Shown piece after piece: positions 40,583-54,155 of a stretch of 64,000 nt of DNA. The translations under genes were made by a program, and so were the position numbers. Below the pieces are notes generated by a model, which saw only the letters and a list, made by a program, of their open reading frames with translations, had not been told where the DNA came from and made no database searches. The DNA lies in assembly GCA_002633005.1 (NCBI GenBank), contig NMRA01000318.1, forward strand, positions 335,594 to 399,593, given 5' to 3'. The DNA is from Phoronis australis (lineage: Eukaryota; Animalia; Phoronida). Positions within the stretch are counted from its first letter, which is position 1. Each line of letters opens with the position of its first letter.

Positions 40583-41898
40583 GTAGTAAATGTTGGGCCC
40601 TGGGTTTAATCTTAATACTCGAAATTGAACGTGACATTTTCTTTGTACTGTAATACAACTATTGTTGTGTGTTCGAGTATATTGTGGTTTACAGAGAAGA
40701 GTGTTCTGTCCAGGTTCTTTCTTGATAACCCTTCAAGCTTCAAACTCGAGTAAGCCCTTAAAATCTTGAATAAAAGCTCGAAATTTGGAGTACAAATCCA
40801 AAAGTTCAAACTCAGAACTGATAGATTTATGCTGGAATCATTAAGTGCAAACTTGGGTTAGACAATCATCCGCGTAAACTTTACTGTATCCGAGCACAGA
40901 ATAACTCTTATCTTGAAGTTGTGTAAGAGTAGATTGGAAAATGTCATGTGTAATTTTGATTTCGAGAACAAAGATAATACCCAAGTCCCCAGTCTGTACT
41001 AAGATTCGATATTGATATAAATTATGGATATAATTCGATGTCCATGCTACTCTCAGCATTTGATGTCCGTGCTACTCTCAGCAGTCTTGTATTTTAGCAG
41101 AATGCTGTTATCAGTATTTATTCAAGTCGAGGAATGGAGACTAAAGATTTTTTAGTTGTTGAATCTTATGGTTTCCACTGCATTCATTAGAATTTGGAAG
41201 ATTTTTTAGTAATATCTCAGATGTTTAGCAGTTCTTTCAGGCTAAAATGTTAAGTAGTGAAAATCCAATAAGACGCTAGAGTGCAAAACATGAAATTGGC
41301 GTTTTTATATTAGTCACGTGCAACAGTCGGACGACAATATACCTTAACAGATTGATGGTTTTTGTTTTCTACTTCTTGCTTTTAATTTGGCCAAAAACTA
41401 ATTTAATCTAAAATGTTTTGACTGGAAATAAAGTGAAACAATCTTACGGCAGGTCTAACTTAGAATGGGGATTCTTGTTCACATTAAGGTTATGTGTGGC
41501 TTCGAAACCCTGTAGAATTAGATTTTTTGTTTTATACCAGTTTGCCAGCAGCTGGGTCATGGGAACATTTCTTTTCCTTAAAATTTTCCAAGAAAGAAAA
41601 CGCTTTCGTAGGAAAGTAGCTATCGATTACATGACCAAAATTCATGACATTAATGTTTTGAGTTGAAATCGCAAAAAAAATTGTACACATTTAAATATCT
41701 TTACATGAAAAACGAAGTCCCAACTTTACATAAGCCACTATCCCTAACAGCGTTTTGGAGAGTAATCCATAAAGTACAGTATCTGAAAGTTTTATTTGAA
41801 TCCAAATCAGCCGTCTTTTGAGATGTGATATTCCGAAGTTAGGCAAATTTGGGCATTTTTCTGGTGTCTCCATAACACTTTGTTATCATCGCCTTATG

Positions 41899-42022
41899 CT
41901 CAGTTGAATTTCTAATTGCCCTGGGTACCCATTCAAGGTCTCAGTTGCATTTCTAATTGCTCTGCGTACCCATTCAAGGTCTCAGTTGCATTTCTAATTG
42001 CTCTGCGTACCCATTCAAGGTC
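41899..42022. repeat. 41-bp tandem repeat (3 copies) ending in the AAK1 exon 15 acceptor
   Basis: ctcagttgcatttctaattgctctgcgtacccattcaaggt three times. Confidence 0.95.
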
Positions 42023-42150
42023 CATGCACCGTGCTCTGTCTGCTGACATGGATTCATGGAATCCATTTGGTGAAGACAACTTCAGTGCTCTGAATGAAGA
42101 CACGATATTTGGCAAAGAATTCGACCGTCTTCGCCGCGGCTCAAACAGCA
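42020..42150 (+). CDS. AAK1: AAK1 exon 15 (WNPFGEDNFSALNEDTIFGKEFDRLRRGS)
   Basis: WNPFxxDNFS...KEFxxL conserved in AAK1/BMP2K. Confidence 0.93.
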
Positions 42151-43909
42151 GTGAGTATAGAAACGTATCAAGGTCTTGACCATAGTCTATGTATTAAGAT
42201 GTCTATGGTCTCGACATTGTCTGCACTATGCAATTAGTTTCAGCAAAAAGAACGGAATTTATTATCTTTTTGTGTCTTATCGTGGCCAAAACTTTTTAAG
42301 TTATTACAGGTTTACCCATACGCTACTTGCAAGGTCATGGTTGCCATGGCACCAGATAAATTATTCGTTTGATCTTGTTACGGATTGACCAAAACTGATA
42401 TGAGGCATTCCTAAGTGATTTTTGGGATATCCAGACATCCTGCCACCTGGTGACGTCTGGTTTCAGTAGTTGCTTGACATCCTGAAATTTGTTGTGCATA
42501 TAACATTTCCCTGGTCAGAATTTGAAATGAAAATTTTCTGTTAGATATAATCATCATTGTAATTAATAATAGTTGCTAAGTTAAAGTTTTGAAGAATCAA
42601 GATGTCGTGCCTTTTTGAGTTTCATTAGACGTACTCATGATTTACATGATGTATCCACGTGTGTAATTGAATGTTGTTTTATAATCAGTTATTTTAATAT
42701 CGTGTCGTAGACTTGGGCTGAACACTGCTTGCAAAACAAAAATGTTGTCAACAGTTGATATTTGTTAGCTTGGCTACAGTGCGTAAGGCTTGTACCTTGT
42801 GAGTGAGCGGAGATAGGTTTCTGTTAAAGAGACGCCACCTAGTGGTAATTGGTAATTTTTATTCTCGACATTTTCTCTATCCGCCTCTTTTTCGGCTACA
42901 CCACTCATAAGGATCGTCATGAAAGTTGGCATATGTTTCTTCCGGGAAGTGCATGGCTGGCGATGAGTTTCGGTCAGGTTCGACTGCTGTGGCGCCTTCT
43001 ACTGGCAAGAACAGCCACCCGTTGCAAGCGAAGCGTGTGATGTCGCTAGTTTTCGCTCACCTGTACCTTGCTTTACGTGACACGCCGCAGTGTTCATCCC
43101 ATACATGTTGTGTTGTATTTCATTTATGATGCATGGTTCTGTTGTCTGCCTGGTCCACACACACAGTTTACTTTACCTAAACTCTTAGTTTGACATACCT
43201 AATTTGGCTGTATTCAAAACTGAATGCTTGCATTTGTGTTTATTTTATTTTTGCAAGCCTAGCCGCTGACTCGGTGATAGCGGATACAGCCATAATTTTG
43301 CATTGTTTTTTGCCCTTCCAGTTCAGGGCAGTCTTCCGCGAATTAGAATGAGGAACTGGAAATTCACTAGGTGGCACTTTCCTGCAGACAAACGTATTGT
43401 CTGGTCTGTTGGACCTTCATCTAGTGCTGGGGAACAGCTGTCTGTTCTTTGCCTATTCAGTTGATAAAAACATACCTATCAGTTCTTCGTTAGTGCCATC
43501 TAGTGAACTACAAGTCAAAGATTTGAGATTTTCATGTACGACAGTTGGTTCCTAATGATATTGAAGCAATACAGTTGTGTACATTTCAAGGTATATTGAG
43601 TGCTGTTTAGGTGATATAACTATTACCTTGGAACATCTCGTTTCACTCAGTGGCGAGTGTCTGATATTTAATTTTGCAACGATCACAAAAAATCGAGTTG
43701 AGACATGAGGCAAGTCAACACGTTTTGTTTTCTTTAGTTAAACTGTTATCGCAATGAACTGTTTTTGGCTTACAGTCTTTAGAGTTGGCCATTTTGACCC
43801 ACTTATGTAGCGCTCAATATAACTTAAATTGCCTAACATAGATTTGAATCTCAGAAATTTCTGATTGTGTACCATGGCAGACAGGAGAACTTAAGGTTTT
43901 TGTTTGTAG

Positions 43910-43999
43910 GTATATCCAATGTGAAAAGTCGCGAAGATTTAGTTATGTCCAACACTGATTTCACTGACCCCTTCGGTGCTGCCCCCTTTGTTCACCCTT
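43910..43999 (+). CDS. AAK1: AAK1 exon 16 (SISNVKSREDLVM...DPFGAAPF)
   Basis: DPF AP-2-binding motif; phase 1/1; gtaagt donor. Confidence 0.9.
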
Positions 44000-44827
44000 G
44001 TAAGTAGAGGGTTTTCATTTGCTTGGTCTGCACCACTTGAGGGCACTGCTTTGGGGGCACTCAGGTGGTGCAGGATATTTTTTATATTTTATGCTTCCAT
44101 TTTTAAAATTAGCTAGTGTGTTGTTGCAAGTGATTTTAACTCGGGGGGGAAAGTCTGTGTTTGCACCAGTTGAATGTTCTATCAATGTTGCCCTTCTTAA
44201 TGTTGTCATTGCATCAGCACATGTTCGTTGTCCACTCACTATTTGCTTCAGTCTTTGTTGTGTGGCCATGCTGCCATCTGTTGTCAATCTTGGCTTTTAC
44301 AGCCGTTGTCGTTCATTGAAAAAGTATTGCTTGCTACAATTCACATGTCTTGCCTATCTGGCATACCCTTCTTTGTGCTTGATTTTTAGTCCTGAATTCT
44401 TTGGGATAATTTGGTTGTCTCATTATTCAAGAAGTTTGTGCAGTGTATTTTTTCGTAAAGCTATGTGATGGAAAGTTATATTTTTTCTTGGAAGTAGAAT
44501 GGTGACAACTGTGCTTGTATGCAGAAAGCGTTTGAAAATAACACACTAGAATTGAACTGGTCTTTCTGTCTTACCAGTATCATCTCTTCGTTGAGCTTCC
44601 ATTTGTACTTGTTCTGCAGTTTAAGATAGTTATCTTTTAGCTTGACAAAGTGATTGGTTTCCTTTATCGAGAGATACTACTATCAAAAATTTTCAACCAG
44701 TTGTACTTGAAAAAGTAATTTTGAATGTTGAGTTCACAAGTCTGTTCCCCGCTGTTCCATATTCGTGCATGTTGTCTGCTGCCCTTTGGTCGTCTGCTCT
44801 TCAGTGAATGTTTTCCTGGCTTTACAG

Positions 44828-44967
44828 CTTCCCGCCAAAACGCTGAAGCTGCTGCCTCGGCCAGCCATCAGGATAGTGATTCGGAGAGCTCACATTCCAA
44901 CGATGCAGACTCTGAAGGTAATGATAACACCATGCCCGATCTTCTCATATTCGATGACGACGATTGA
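44828..44967 (+). CDS. AAK1: AAK1 exon 17: short-isoform terminal exon ending DLLIFDDDD*, with an internal donor after 44917
   Basis: tttacag acceptor in phase 1; clathrin-box-like LLIFD before TGA; GAAG|gtaatg internal donor; ATTAAA ~45079. Confidence 0.75.
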
Positions 44968-47900
44968 CATCTTGTCCGTCTTAATTGACCTGTAGTCATT
45001 TATTTATTGGTAGTATTTGCTAATATTTTTGGCGGGTAGCCATTTATTTGTTGATAATATCTGGTAGTATTTTTCATTATTAAATACTTTTTGCTTTGCT
45101 TTGAAAAGCTACACTGAACCAGCTTGTCGAACTCAGCAGGAAGAGAGCTTCTTGGCAAAATAATCAAATTTCTTAGCAGAGCTTAAACACTCTTGTTGCT
45201 TATCATAAATGTCAGCTTTGTAGAACTGATATGCCGAGTTGTAAGGGATTAAATTTTTAGTTTCAAGTTGTCTGTATTTACTGTGGTTAGTTTGCACCAT
45301 TTTTTTTAATTCAGTTTGCGTACTTTGGTTTGGCACGTTAGTATCAAAGATGATGTCTAATGTTATAGAACCTGCTTCTCATATACTGTATACCCAAGAA
45401 AGGGCCTTCATTGACCATTCATTACACAGGGAAATTTCTTAGCGAACAATTGCTAGGAAGAGCAGCAGCAGCAGCAACAGCGAGATTCGCAACATTGCAT
45501 AACTTTCATCTTCTGGTCTTTCCCACTAGACAGAATGGCCACTGAAGCCTTTCTTTTCTCGCACATACGGTGTACGAGAGGTGTGTTCTGTGCGGGTTAT
45601 GCTCCAGTGGTTAGAACATGCTTGTCGTAGTGAACGTTGCAAAGTGCAAAGTTGATTTTGATGCAGACTTGGGCAATAGTTTGATGTATTGTGCCCACAC
45701 TTTGAGAACCAGTTTGATGCCCATCATTCAGTACAGAAAACTGGTTCTCAAAGTGTGAGCATGTTATATCCAACTATAATGTAGATTTGCAGGTACTTGC
45801 GTGAAAATCTGGACTTGTGTCGCTTTCCCACCAGCGTGGTAACTCCCCTGGTTTGCAGAGATATTGGCAGTGGGAAAGCATAAGTCCTGACTTTTCAACT
45901 CCTCCTGCAATGGAAAAGGTTAACTCCGTTGCGAAGGGAGTAATCGCTAGAGGTCGCTATGGCAACACTCATACAGCAAATCTACCATGTCGTCTGGTGT
46001 TTAATTCCTATTACTAGCAGTAACTCCATATCGCTCCCGCGGAGAGGAGTTAGTGGTGAAAGGAGTGAGACTGGGGTTGTAGTTGCAGTAGACTGGAGTT
46101 TTACTAGTGGGAGAGTGACGTTTGGGTCTTATAAACCTATGAAGAGTTTTATTGCATTTGCCTAGTGTACATGACATGTGCACAGTTCATTCTAGTATTG
46201 TCTGTGTGTCAAAGTAGGCCTGAATATTACTGTTACTGTCACATATAAAAAGAATTGTACAAAAGCTGCAGTTTATGTGCCCACACATATATATGTGGTT
46301 GCGTATTGATGTCATCTCTGTCTGGTCGTCTGGTGTGCTCTGTACAACTCAGTGCTCGGTCATCACAATACTTGGTACATGTGTTGCTTTGGCAGTCAAC
46401 AACTTTGTGCCTTTACTTTCAATTTTAGTTTTTTAACTGAACTATGTCTCTGTATCTTTGGTGCTCCGCGAGGGGTATTCATGAAATTTGGCAAATAGGT
46501 TTCTGTGTGGAAAGCGACGTTACCTTCCCATTTCCAGATGAATTCAATGTATTTTGCTCCATGGTGATGGGGCTTAAAACGGTCAATTTACAACTTTGAC
46601 CAGGTTAGTCTTATAATACATATTACATATACTAATAAACACCTGTAGAAGCATACCCTTTGCAGTGCAGTCGTGTAGGTACAATCAGTGGTTTGTGTTG
46701 CTCTTGTTTGTATAATTAGTCTTCAGGGTGCCATTACAACTGCTTTAAGAATGCATTACTAGCGTGCCGTTCACACTATGAGTTACCTTAGAACAAGTTA
46801 TTCTTTGAATGCTAGATGTGTTCGGTATTTGTGCCAGGGCAACTTAACACGTGTGTGACAAATTACCTCACCTTATCAAATCAAGTTAATGTAGTTTGTT
46901 ATGGGGCTACTTGCCCAAAACACAACTGTAGTCGCCAACCTGCTGTCGAAGTAATTACCAGCTGCACGCTTGCACTGCTTCATACATACAGGTGTCTTAT
47001 CTCACTTGCGCTATATTTGTCGCGAACCTTGTAGTGCGACCAGAGGCAAGTTGCTCCGGTGCAAATTGTTCTATGGTAACTCGTAGGGTAGACATGTAGT
47101 AGGTGTGTGTATCCTGTCTTTGTATTTGTCTTTATTGTACCTAGTGATGCCTGTTGTCTCCTCTCTAGTGCCGTTTACTGCTTTTAAGATTAGATACGGC
47201 TCAATCTTGGGCCAGGACCAAAACAAACACGAGTATTCTGATTTACATAATGGTCCGTCGTAAAGAAATTAACTGTAGGCTTAGGATGTGTTTGCGGCAA
47301 GTCCTCCGACATCTAGAATAACCATTATCGAGACAAGCAAGCTCGCAAAACAATTTCTGCTTTCAGTGGCTCCTTAATTTCTAGATTTTATTATGTTGCA
47401 ATGCCATTTTAGTTCTTTTCAGGAAGGAAGTGCCTCGTGGCCAATCACAAAGTATTCTAGAAAAAAATCCCATATCTCCTGAAGTAATTTTGACAGGATA
47501 CCAAAAAATTCAACGAAAACACTGGTCCCTCCTTGTGTTAGAATGTTATTGGGTGAATATTTTGTGGAGTGGGTGGGTATCGTCACCAGTCATCTTATTT
47601 TGACAACTAAGCATTCGTCAAGAGCGTCGATGATTACTTCTTTTCGTATACAGTTTAATGAAAGTTTTAAACTGCAGTAAAACTCGCAGGAGTCGGGCAC
47701 GCGTAAGTCAGATGTCGTCTTAGCTCGGGCACTTCATATAAATTGGATTTTTATCTTGGATAAAATTTCTTGCTCCGTCCGGATCCAACTTGGGTGAGTT
47801 TTATTGTATGAAAATAGCTCGTATAGTGGGCTAAACAATGGTGACCTCGTTAATTGAGCAATAAGTGAGCTTTTGTTATGATTACACATTCAATCTGAAT

Positions 47901-50721
47901 TTAGTTTAGCTTGAGCTGGAGAATGTCACGCCAACAGTATGAAACATGAGTTTGAAGCTAATGGAAAATCATCATTGCCAAGGATCAGATTTCTTAAATA
48001 ACTCCTTAAATAATGCTAATAGATGCATATATCTTTGGAATCCATGGTGATCACAGAATCTTATTAATTTATGTGCATGAACGTTACGCCCAGTTGTTTG
48101 TGATCACATGATTACAATTTTTCTTTAAAATCTTTTTCATGGTGGTCTCTGTATTTTCTACAAACATAATTTTTTGTATGAAAATTTTCAAATTTTCCTT
48201 CTTTATTCTATTAGCTAAAAAGTGCTGTCTGGAATTTTCTTGTAAGACCTTAGTTATAGCCCGAGAGTTCAACTTTCTAAAGATTAATAACTCGGAAGGA
48301 ACAATACGAATTTTGATTTCTGTTATTTTGGTTTGCGTTTATGTCAATATAGAATTATTTGAAAACTCAGTAGTCCAGTAAATACTTTCGTGTGAATGCA
48401 TGCAGAAGGTGGCTGCAACATGTAGTATGCAATTGTTTTCCAACTTTTGCTTGCCTACCTCTAAGTTTCTTCAGTTCCAACACATCCTGTTGGTGCAGGT
48501 TGCTGGTTGATAGCTGGTGGTGGTGTTAGGAAATGCCACTAGGTGTTGAATTGTCTGTATAGGTTGAAAAGGTGGTCTGGGAAGTATGAGTATATTTGCT
48601 ATAGCATATCCGTGTTGATGATGCTATCGGCAATGGTGTATATTTATGATGTGCGTAATGTAAATATACATTGTAGATATCGTGATCTGGTGTGAACTAG
48701 GGATTTCTTGCTGCAGGAACACCTGCGCTCTGTAGATGGCAACTTTGATACAGTGGGAAATGTTCTGGTTTCTATGTCTGCCTGCCAGCTAATGCTTTGG
48801 TCACATATTGGGCGGTGCGCGACCGATCCTGCAAATTGAATTCTGTCTTGCCATCTGGCATGATTGGCCCATTTTTATCAGAGAAGTTGTAAGGATTGAC
48901 CAACTGGGGATTTTTGACGCCAAGGATTTGTCGACGGTTGCGATAATCTCCTGCTTGTCACCGTCTGTCGGCTGATATGAACATTTTCTATTAGAAAATT
49001 TATGAGATTGCCATCAGATGTATATAACGGAGGCTTTATAGATGCAAATGTGTGTCCCGGCAGGAGCGGTCATCTGTGTTGTACTACACATGTGGACATC
49101 ATGTAAAATGCGCAAAGCAATTATATGTGGTCAACATGCAAGGGAGTGTCGAGCCAAAAGCTAACATCGTGAGCTTGTGGTTGTATTGTCGTCAGTTCAT
49201 CGTCGACCAATTTCCATAATGATCAAATTTTTTTCTTTGACATGAACAACATGGGACCAAATCCGTTTCCACCTCATCAAAGTTGCCTAAACACTGCTGT
49301 AGAAAGTGTTTTTACCTGTATTATAATGTATTTATATGGAACAATTTTAGCAACTTTTGTCTTGCAAATCATGGACAGGTGCAATCATGTTAACCATCTC
49401 ATTTGTTGGCTCTCAATCGATTTTTTCTGCCACACCTGAAGGCTCTTTCACACCAAACTCGGGTTCTTCCTCATACTGCACAGTGCGTTAGTTGGTTCCC
49501 ACTTGTACTGAGAAAAACCTTGGTGTGATAGGGTCTTACAGTATTTTCTGTCAGAACTTGTGTTCACAAAGTAGATTAATATCTTCTTGTGCGCTGCTCT
49601 CATACGCATTATCATCATCTAACCGTGTTTTTGTGGATCTGTGATAGAGCATCTAGTTAAATTGGATTGAAGTAGTAGTCATTCGTTCATTCTAAAATTA
49701 TAGAAAATTATGTTTGCAATTGTTGTTCATTATTTCAGTTCTGTCCTACATAGATTTAGATTGTGATGATGGTCCTTTCCAATGAATGAGTTACCAATAA
49801 AATATTTCAAACTGCATCATGGTAAAATACTTTTTTGGGGAAATTTTGGTGGTATTTGTTTTCAGGCGGGATTAAAAGTAAAATGTTCAGATCCTGACGT
49901 ATAAGTTCATCGTGATTGATGACAATGTTTAAAACCTGGTATTTCGAAATGGATTTAAATTCCGCACCATGATGATGTCATCCATTTCTGCTGACAAAAC
50001 ATGATGACATCATTCAGTACTGTGAAATCCTTGTGGAAGATTGTGTGACACCAAGTTTTAAACTTGTGAAGAAAGATAAAATATGTCAGAAGTTTGAAAG
50101 ATGAATTTTTTGTCAAAGTCTTAAGATATTGATTTCATCTCCATTTTATAAGAAGAATCGTGTGTGAGTTTTAAGACACAAATGACATAATAACATCTGA
50201 AAAAAATGTCAGTTGTTTGATCAGGTGTTCAAAATGAAAAGTTGCGAAATTTGGCTGTAGCAGTAGCCTCAGCATGTGCATTTATTGAAACTTACCGTAT
50301 TTCTCTACATCACAAACCGCCAAACTGCACTATTCCCTAATCTCTGGGTTGTGGTACCTCTTTGCCGTCTGGCTGCCAGTTTTACCGTGATTTCTCTTTG
50401 ACCTCATGCAACAACACGTGTGTACCAATCGACTTGAGCAAGTGAGTCTGTGGAACCATTCTGCGTGTTTGTACTTTATTTAGTGCTCTAATATCGTTGC
50501 TTTAGCTGAGTGTAAATGTTGACTGTTTTTCTTTTTTGATTTGCCAACTGTTCGTCGCTGATTATACGTTCATGTGCTTTTCTTTCTCAGTGCATGTGAT
50601 GTCTTGGTGTTAATGCTTTATTTATTTGTTGATTATGTTTAGTTCTTGGCCTACCTATTATCAAAAATGTTACAACAAGCGCAACTACTGAAAACTTCAC
50701 ATTTCAAAGGCACAATATAGA

Positions 50722-50760
50722 TGCAACGTTTCGCTCTTACATGAGAGTATCATCAGGCAA
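50722..50760 (-). ncRNA. Minimal type I hammerhead ribozyme-like motif (Penelope/retrozyme type)
   Basis: Reverse strand TGC-CTGATGA-T-aCTCTcatgtaAGAGc-GAAA-CG-TT-GCA: both core boxes, stem I and stem II. Confidence 0.55.
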
Positions 50761-52332
50761 AAGAACAGAAAAGTCCAAATAACTGACTTTTTTGCTGCCA
50801 ATTCTTCGGCCGTTTATTTTTTCTCTTTCGCCTTTTTTGCTGCCAATTCTTTGGCCGTTTATTATTTTCTCTTTCGCCTTTTGTTCCTGTGTCTTTGAAA
50901 CATGAAGTTTTCAGTAACTAAGCTGGTTGTAAGATTTTTGGTAATTTGTTTGCATATGTTCTAGCTTAGCATCTCTGTATACAGCCAAACTACTGTTCAA
51001 TCTTGTGTTTCGAATATGTCAAGTTTGTGAGCATGACCTTGTGGCCTTCTTGCATCTAGATTGAAAACAGTTTCTGTTTTGTTTCACAATTTCTCTGTAG
51101 TTGCTTAAACGCCTGCTTTGAAGCTGTCATTAACACCAAAACATTGTCATGTGCTTAGTTTGGTGAAACTTCTTTAAGATAGTAATGTAACACAATTTCA
51201 ACAAAACGTCCGTTACGTAGCAATGGGGCTGTATTTCATCTATTTGACACAAGTGATACAGCTGACGACCATAGAATACGCAGGTTTTCGTCCTGGTGTC
51301 TGTGATACTTGTTAACTCATTGGATGTAGTGAATAGATTAAGATGTGAAATTATATGCAAGGTAGTGTCATGCAAAGTTGGTATGGTGCTGCCCGTTTTA
51401 TTTCCGCAATTAATTGAATGTATTCAACATGGAATTTGCCATTCCTCTCTCAAGCCTGATGTGGCCACTTACGAATTGTGTATCTTGCGGTTTTGTTTTT
51501 TGATTTGCTGGTTAGTATCTTCTTTCATGTGACATGCACTGCCTTAAATTTTTTTTTTTTTTTTGTTTTGGCTAGATTGAGNACCCGAACGATTACGGTA
51601 TTTCCGCAATTAATTGAATGTATTCAACATGGAATTTGCCATTCCTCTCTCAAGCCTGATGTGGTCACTTACAAATTGTATAGCTTGCGGTTTTGTTTTT
51701 TGATTTGCTGGTTAGTATCTTCTTTCATGTGACATGCACTGCCTTAAATATTTTTTGTTTTGTTTTGGCTAGATTGAGGAAGGGAAGTGTTCTGGGCCCG
51801 CTATTTAATCTTTTTACTCAAAATCAACTCGAAGTTATTTTTTCCATTTTCTTTTCCAGTTCTGTGCGAACTCGGGGTGAGTGTCTATTATTCTATGCTG
51901 GAGTACTTAATGTCTTACTTGAATGACTGTCTAATTCTAGTTTGCACCTGATGACCCCAACCGTAAGGCTAAAAGTTTGATTCTGAGTTCGAAATTTTCG
52001 GTTTGTACTCTCAATCTTAAGTTATAGCTCAAATCTAAGGGTCATCAAATGGGAACTTTGACTAGACTCTCATTTGCATCAACTATAATGTACTCAAGCA
52101 CAGAATAACAGACACTTGTCTTGAGTTCACACAACAGTAGAACAGAAAATCCTTAAAATAATTTTGAGTTTGATTTTAAGTAGAAGTATTAGACCCGGAG
52201 CTCTGATGTAGCTCACTAGGAGTTTAGATACTGAATACTTCTGTACTACAAACCTTGATTCCTGATTCTCCATGTGACTAATCTGGTATTGTCTGCTAAA
52301 ATTAGTCAAGACTTATTGTTGTTATTTTTCAG

Positions 52333-54155
52333 ACGACCACACGAACCTGACCCACCAGAGTCGCGAGTTGTATCAGGAGGTCACGACCTCACAGCAGCAG
52401 CAGCAGCAGCAACAACAAAGACAGCAGCTGGATTTAAACTTCAGTGCAAAGTCTAAAAAACTGTTTGAAACTGCCGGAATCTTAAAATCGCCCGAAGACG
52501 ATTCCTATTATAAGAAATTAGTGGACTTCGAATCGGGCAGTGACCATGATTTTCTGGATGAAAAACCTGTAACCAATGGCGAATCAGCTGATAGAGAAGA
52601 GAGCGACACAACAAGTGTGTCTAAGCCGAATGAGGTATACAGTTATAGAGAACTGGAGGACGAATTCGGGAGTAAGAAAACAACCACGGCTAACTATGTT
52701 GAGCCCTCACAGTCAGGTGTGACTCAGAATAACTCCATGGTTGTTGAAAACACAGACAGAATCATCGGCCATGAACATGGTGTCAAACCACTTCTGGCCG
52801 ATGACTTAGACTCCGATTTTGATAATTTGCACTCGAGAGACGATGATAGCAACGACCCTAGCAGAAGCAGTTCGGCTTATAGCAGCAATGCTTTAGGTTC
52901 ATCAGCTGTGCAATCTCCAGCATCCCTAGATGATGCGGTTGACGTATTTGGCTCGGCTCCATTCGATCTGAAGAAACGGAAAAAGAAGAAGGTTCCACTT
53001 CCTGTGGCAAAGTCACATGACGTTGCCGATATCTTCAGCGCTGCACCGTTTCCGGCCAACCTGCCCAAATCGAAGTCTATGCCTGGCAGTTCGGGTGAGA
53101 CCCTCTCGGAACACGTGGCACCCAAGGGCTGGTCGGGCTCATATGAGAGTACCATAGACGTGTTTGGAAGCATGCCATTCCAGCCTGGCCCTGATCCGTT
53201 AAGGACCAATCCAGCTAGAGGACCTTTGACAGTGCACCACCATGCAGCTCCTGTCCCTCACCAACGACAATTTCATCCACCTCCATTCGAAGGCATTGCC
53301 CAACAACCGTCACAATCGGCTCCCTATCTGGGATTCAGCGATGCCCAACAGAACACAGTTATACCATCAACCAACCAAACGAACAATCAGTTTCCGCAGA
53401 AGTCCGCGTCAGCTGTGCAACAGAAACCCGAGTCACAAGCCACAGTTCGCCAAAATCCAGGCCTTGTGGCTCAAACACTGAGCAAACCAAGCCTTCAAAC
53501 AGATGCGAGTGCTATGGGACACATTCAGAACAGGCAGGATCTCTTTGGTAGTGTTCCCTTCGATAGTATACCCAGTGGATCCGCTGACGACGACTTCAAT
53601 CCCAGAGCCGTGGAACAGGAAAATCAACCCACGAGTCATGATCCTCGAAGACAAAGGGAGATTTATCGGAAACGTGAGTGCAACAAACCACAGCAGTACA
53701 ACGATATGTCTGCCAGCGTTGAGATCATTCAGGACGACAACGAGATTGAATTCATCTCGCGGACGGGCTCGCTGAAGAAGAAAAATCGTGGTCGCAAGAG
53801 TCCACGAAGTCCGAGGAGTCCTAAAAATGTGACTGCCTACGGCAACTTGAGCTTCGAAGACCCAGATGCATTCGGAAATGACTCCGGCGAGCGTCATGTA
53901 CCTATTACAAACATTCAGGTCCAAAAAGCATTCACCCTGGACGACATAGACCAATTGAAAGATGATGTGGCGGTTAAACGGCATGCGCGCAATACTTCCT
54001 ATGGACAAGCCACTGTCATAGGCGACATGATGAGCATTCACTCGTCTGGAGCTGATTTACGAACGATAGACGAAAACAAGAGTGCTAAGAAGAACAAGAG
54101 GCCGCCACTAGCAGTCGGTAGCCAACAATATGTCAGAAAGCCTGTTGCCAAGTAG
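52333..54155 (+). CDS. AAK1: AAK1/BMP2K long-isoform terminal exon (~600 aa disordered tail with DVFGSAPF-type repeats)
   Basis: ORF 52368-54155 extends to the ttttcag acceptor in phase 1; DVFGSAPF, DIFSAAPF, DVFGSMPF and DLFGSVPF resemble the BMP2K C-terminal repeats. Confidence 0.88.

Noticed and set aside
43364-43507. Short inverted repeat (also 49440-49540 and 14080-14140)
   Set aside because: Ordinary small MITE-like hairpins with nothing further to support a function
45430-45860. Possible extra AAK1 exons (CAG run at ~45462; acceptor at ~45792)
   Set aside because: In the required phase 1 both reach stops without convincing donors or motifs
49968-50025. C/D snoRNA-like ATGATGA...CTGA
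   Set aside because: Too short and better explained as a small inverted repeat; no guide complementarity recognised
51399-51778. ~180-bp direct duplication
   Set aside because: The two copies flank a single N and differ by a few substitutions, the pattern of a haplotype or contig-overlap artefact
52877-54041. Antisense ORFs of 110 and 202 aa
   Set aside because: Shadows of the long AAK1 terminal exon with no recognisable motifs
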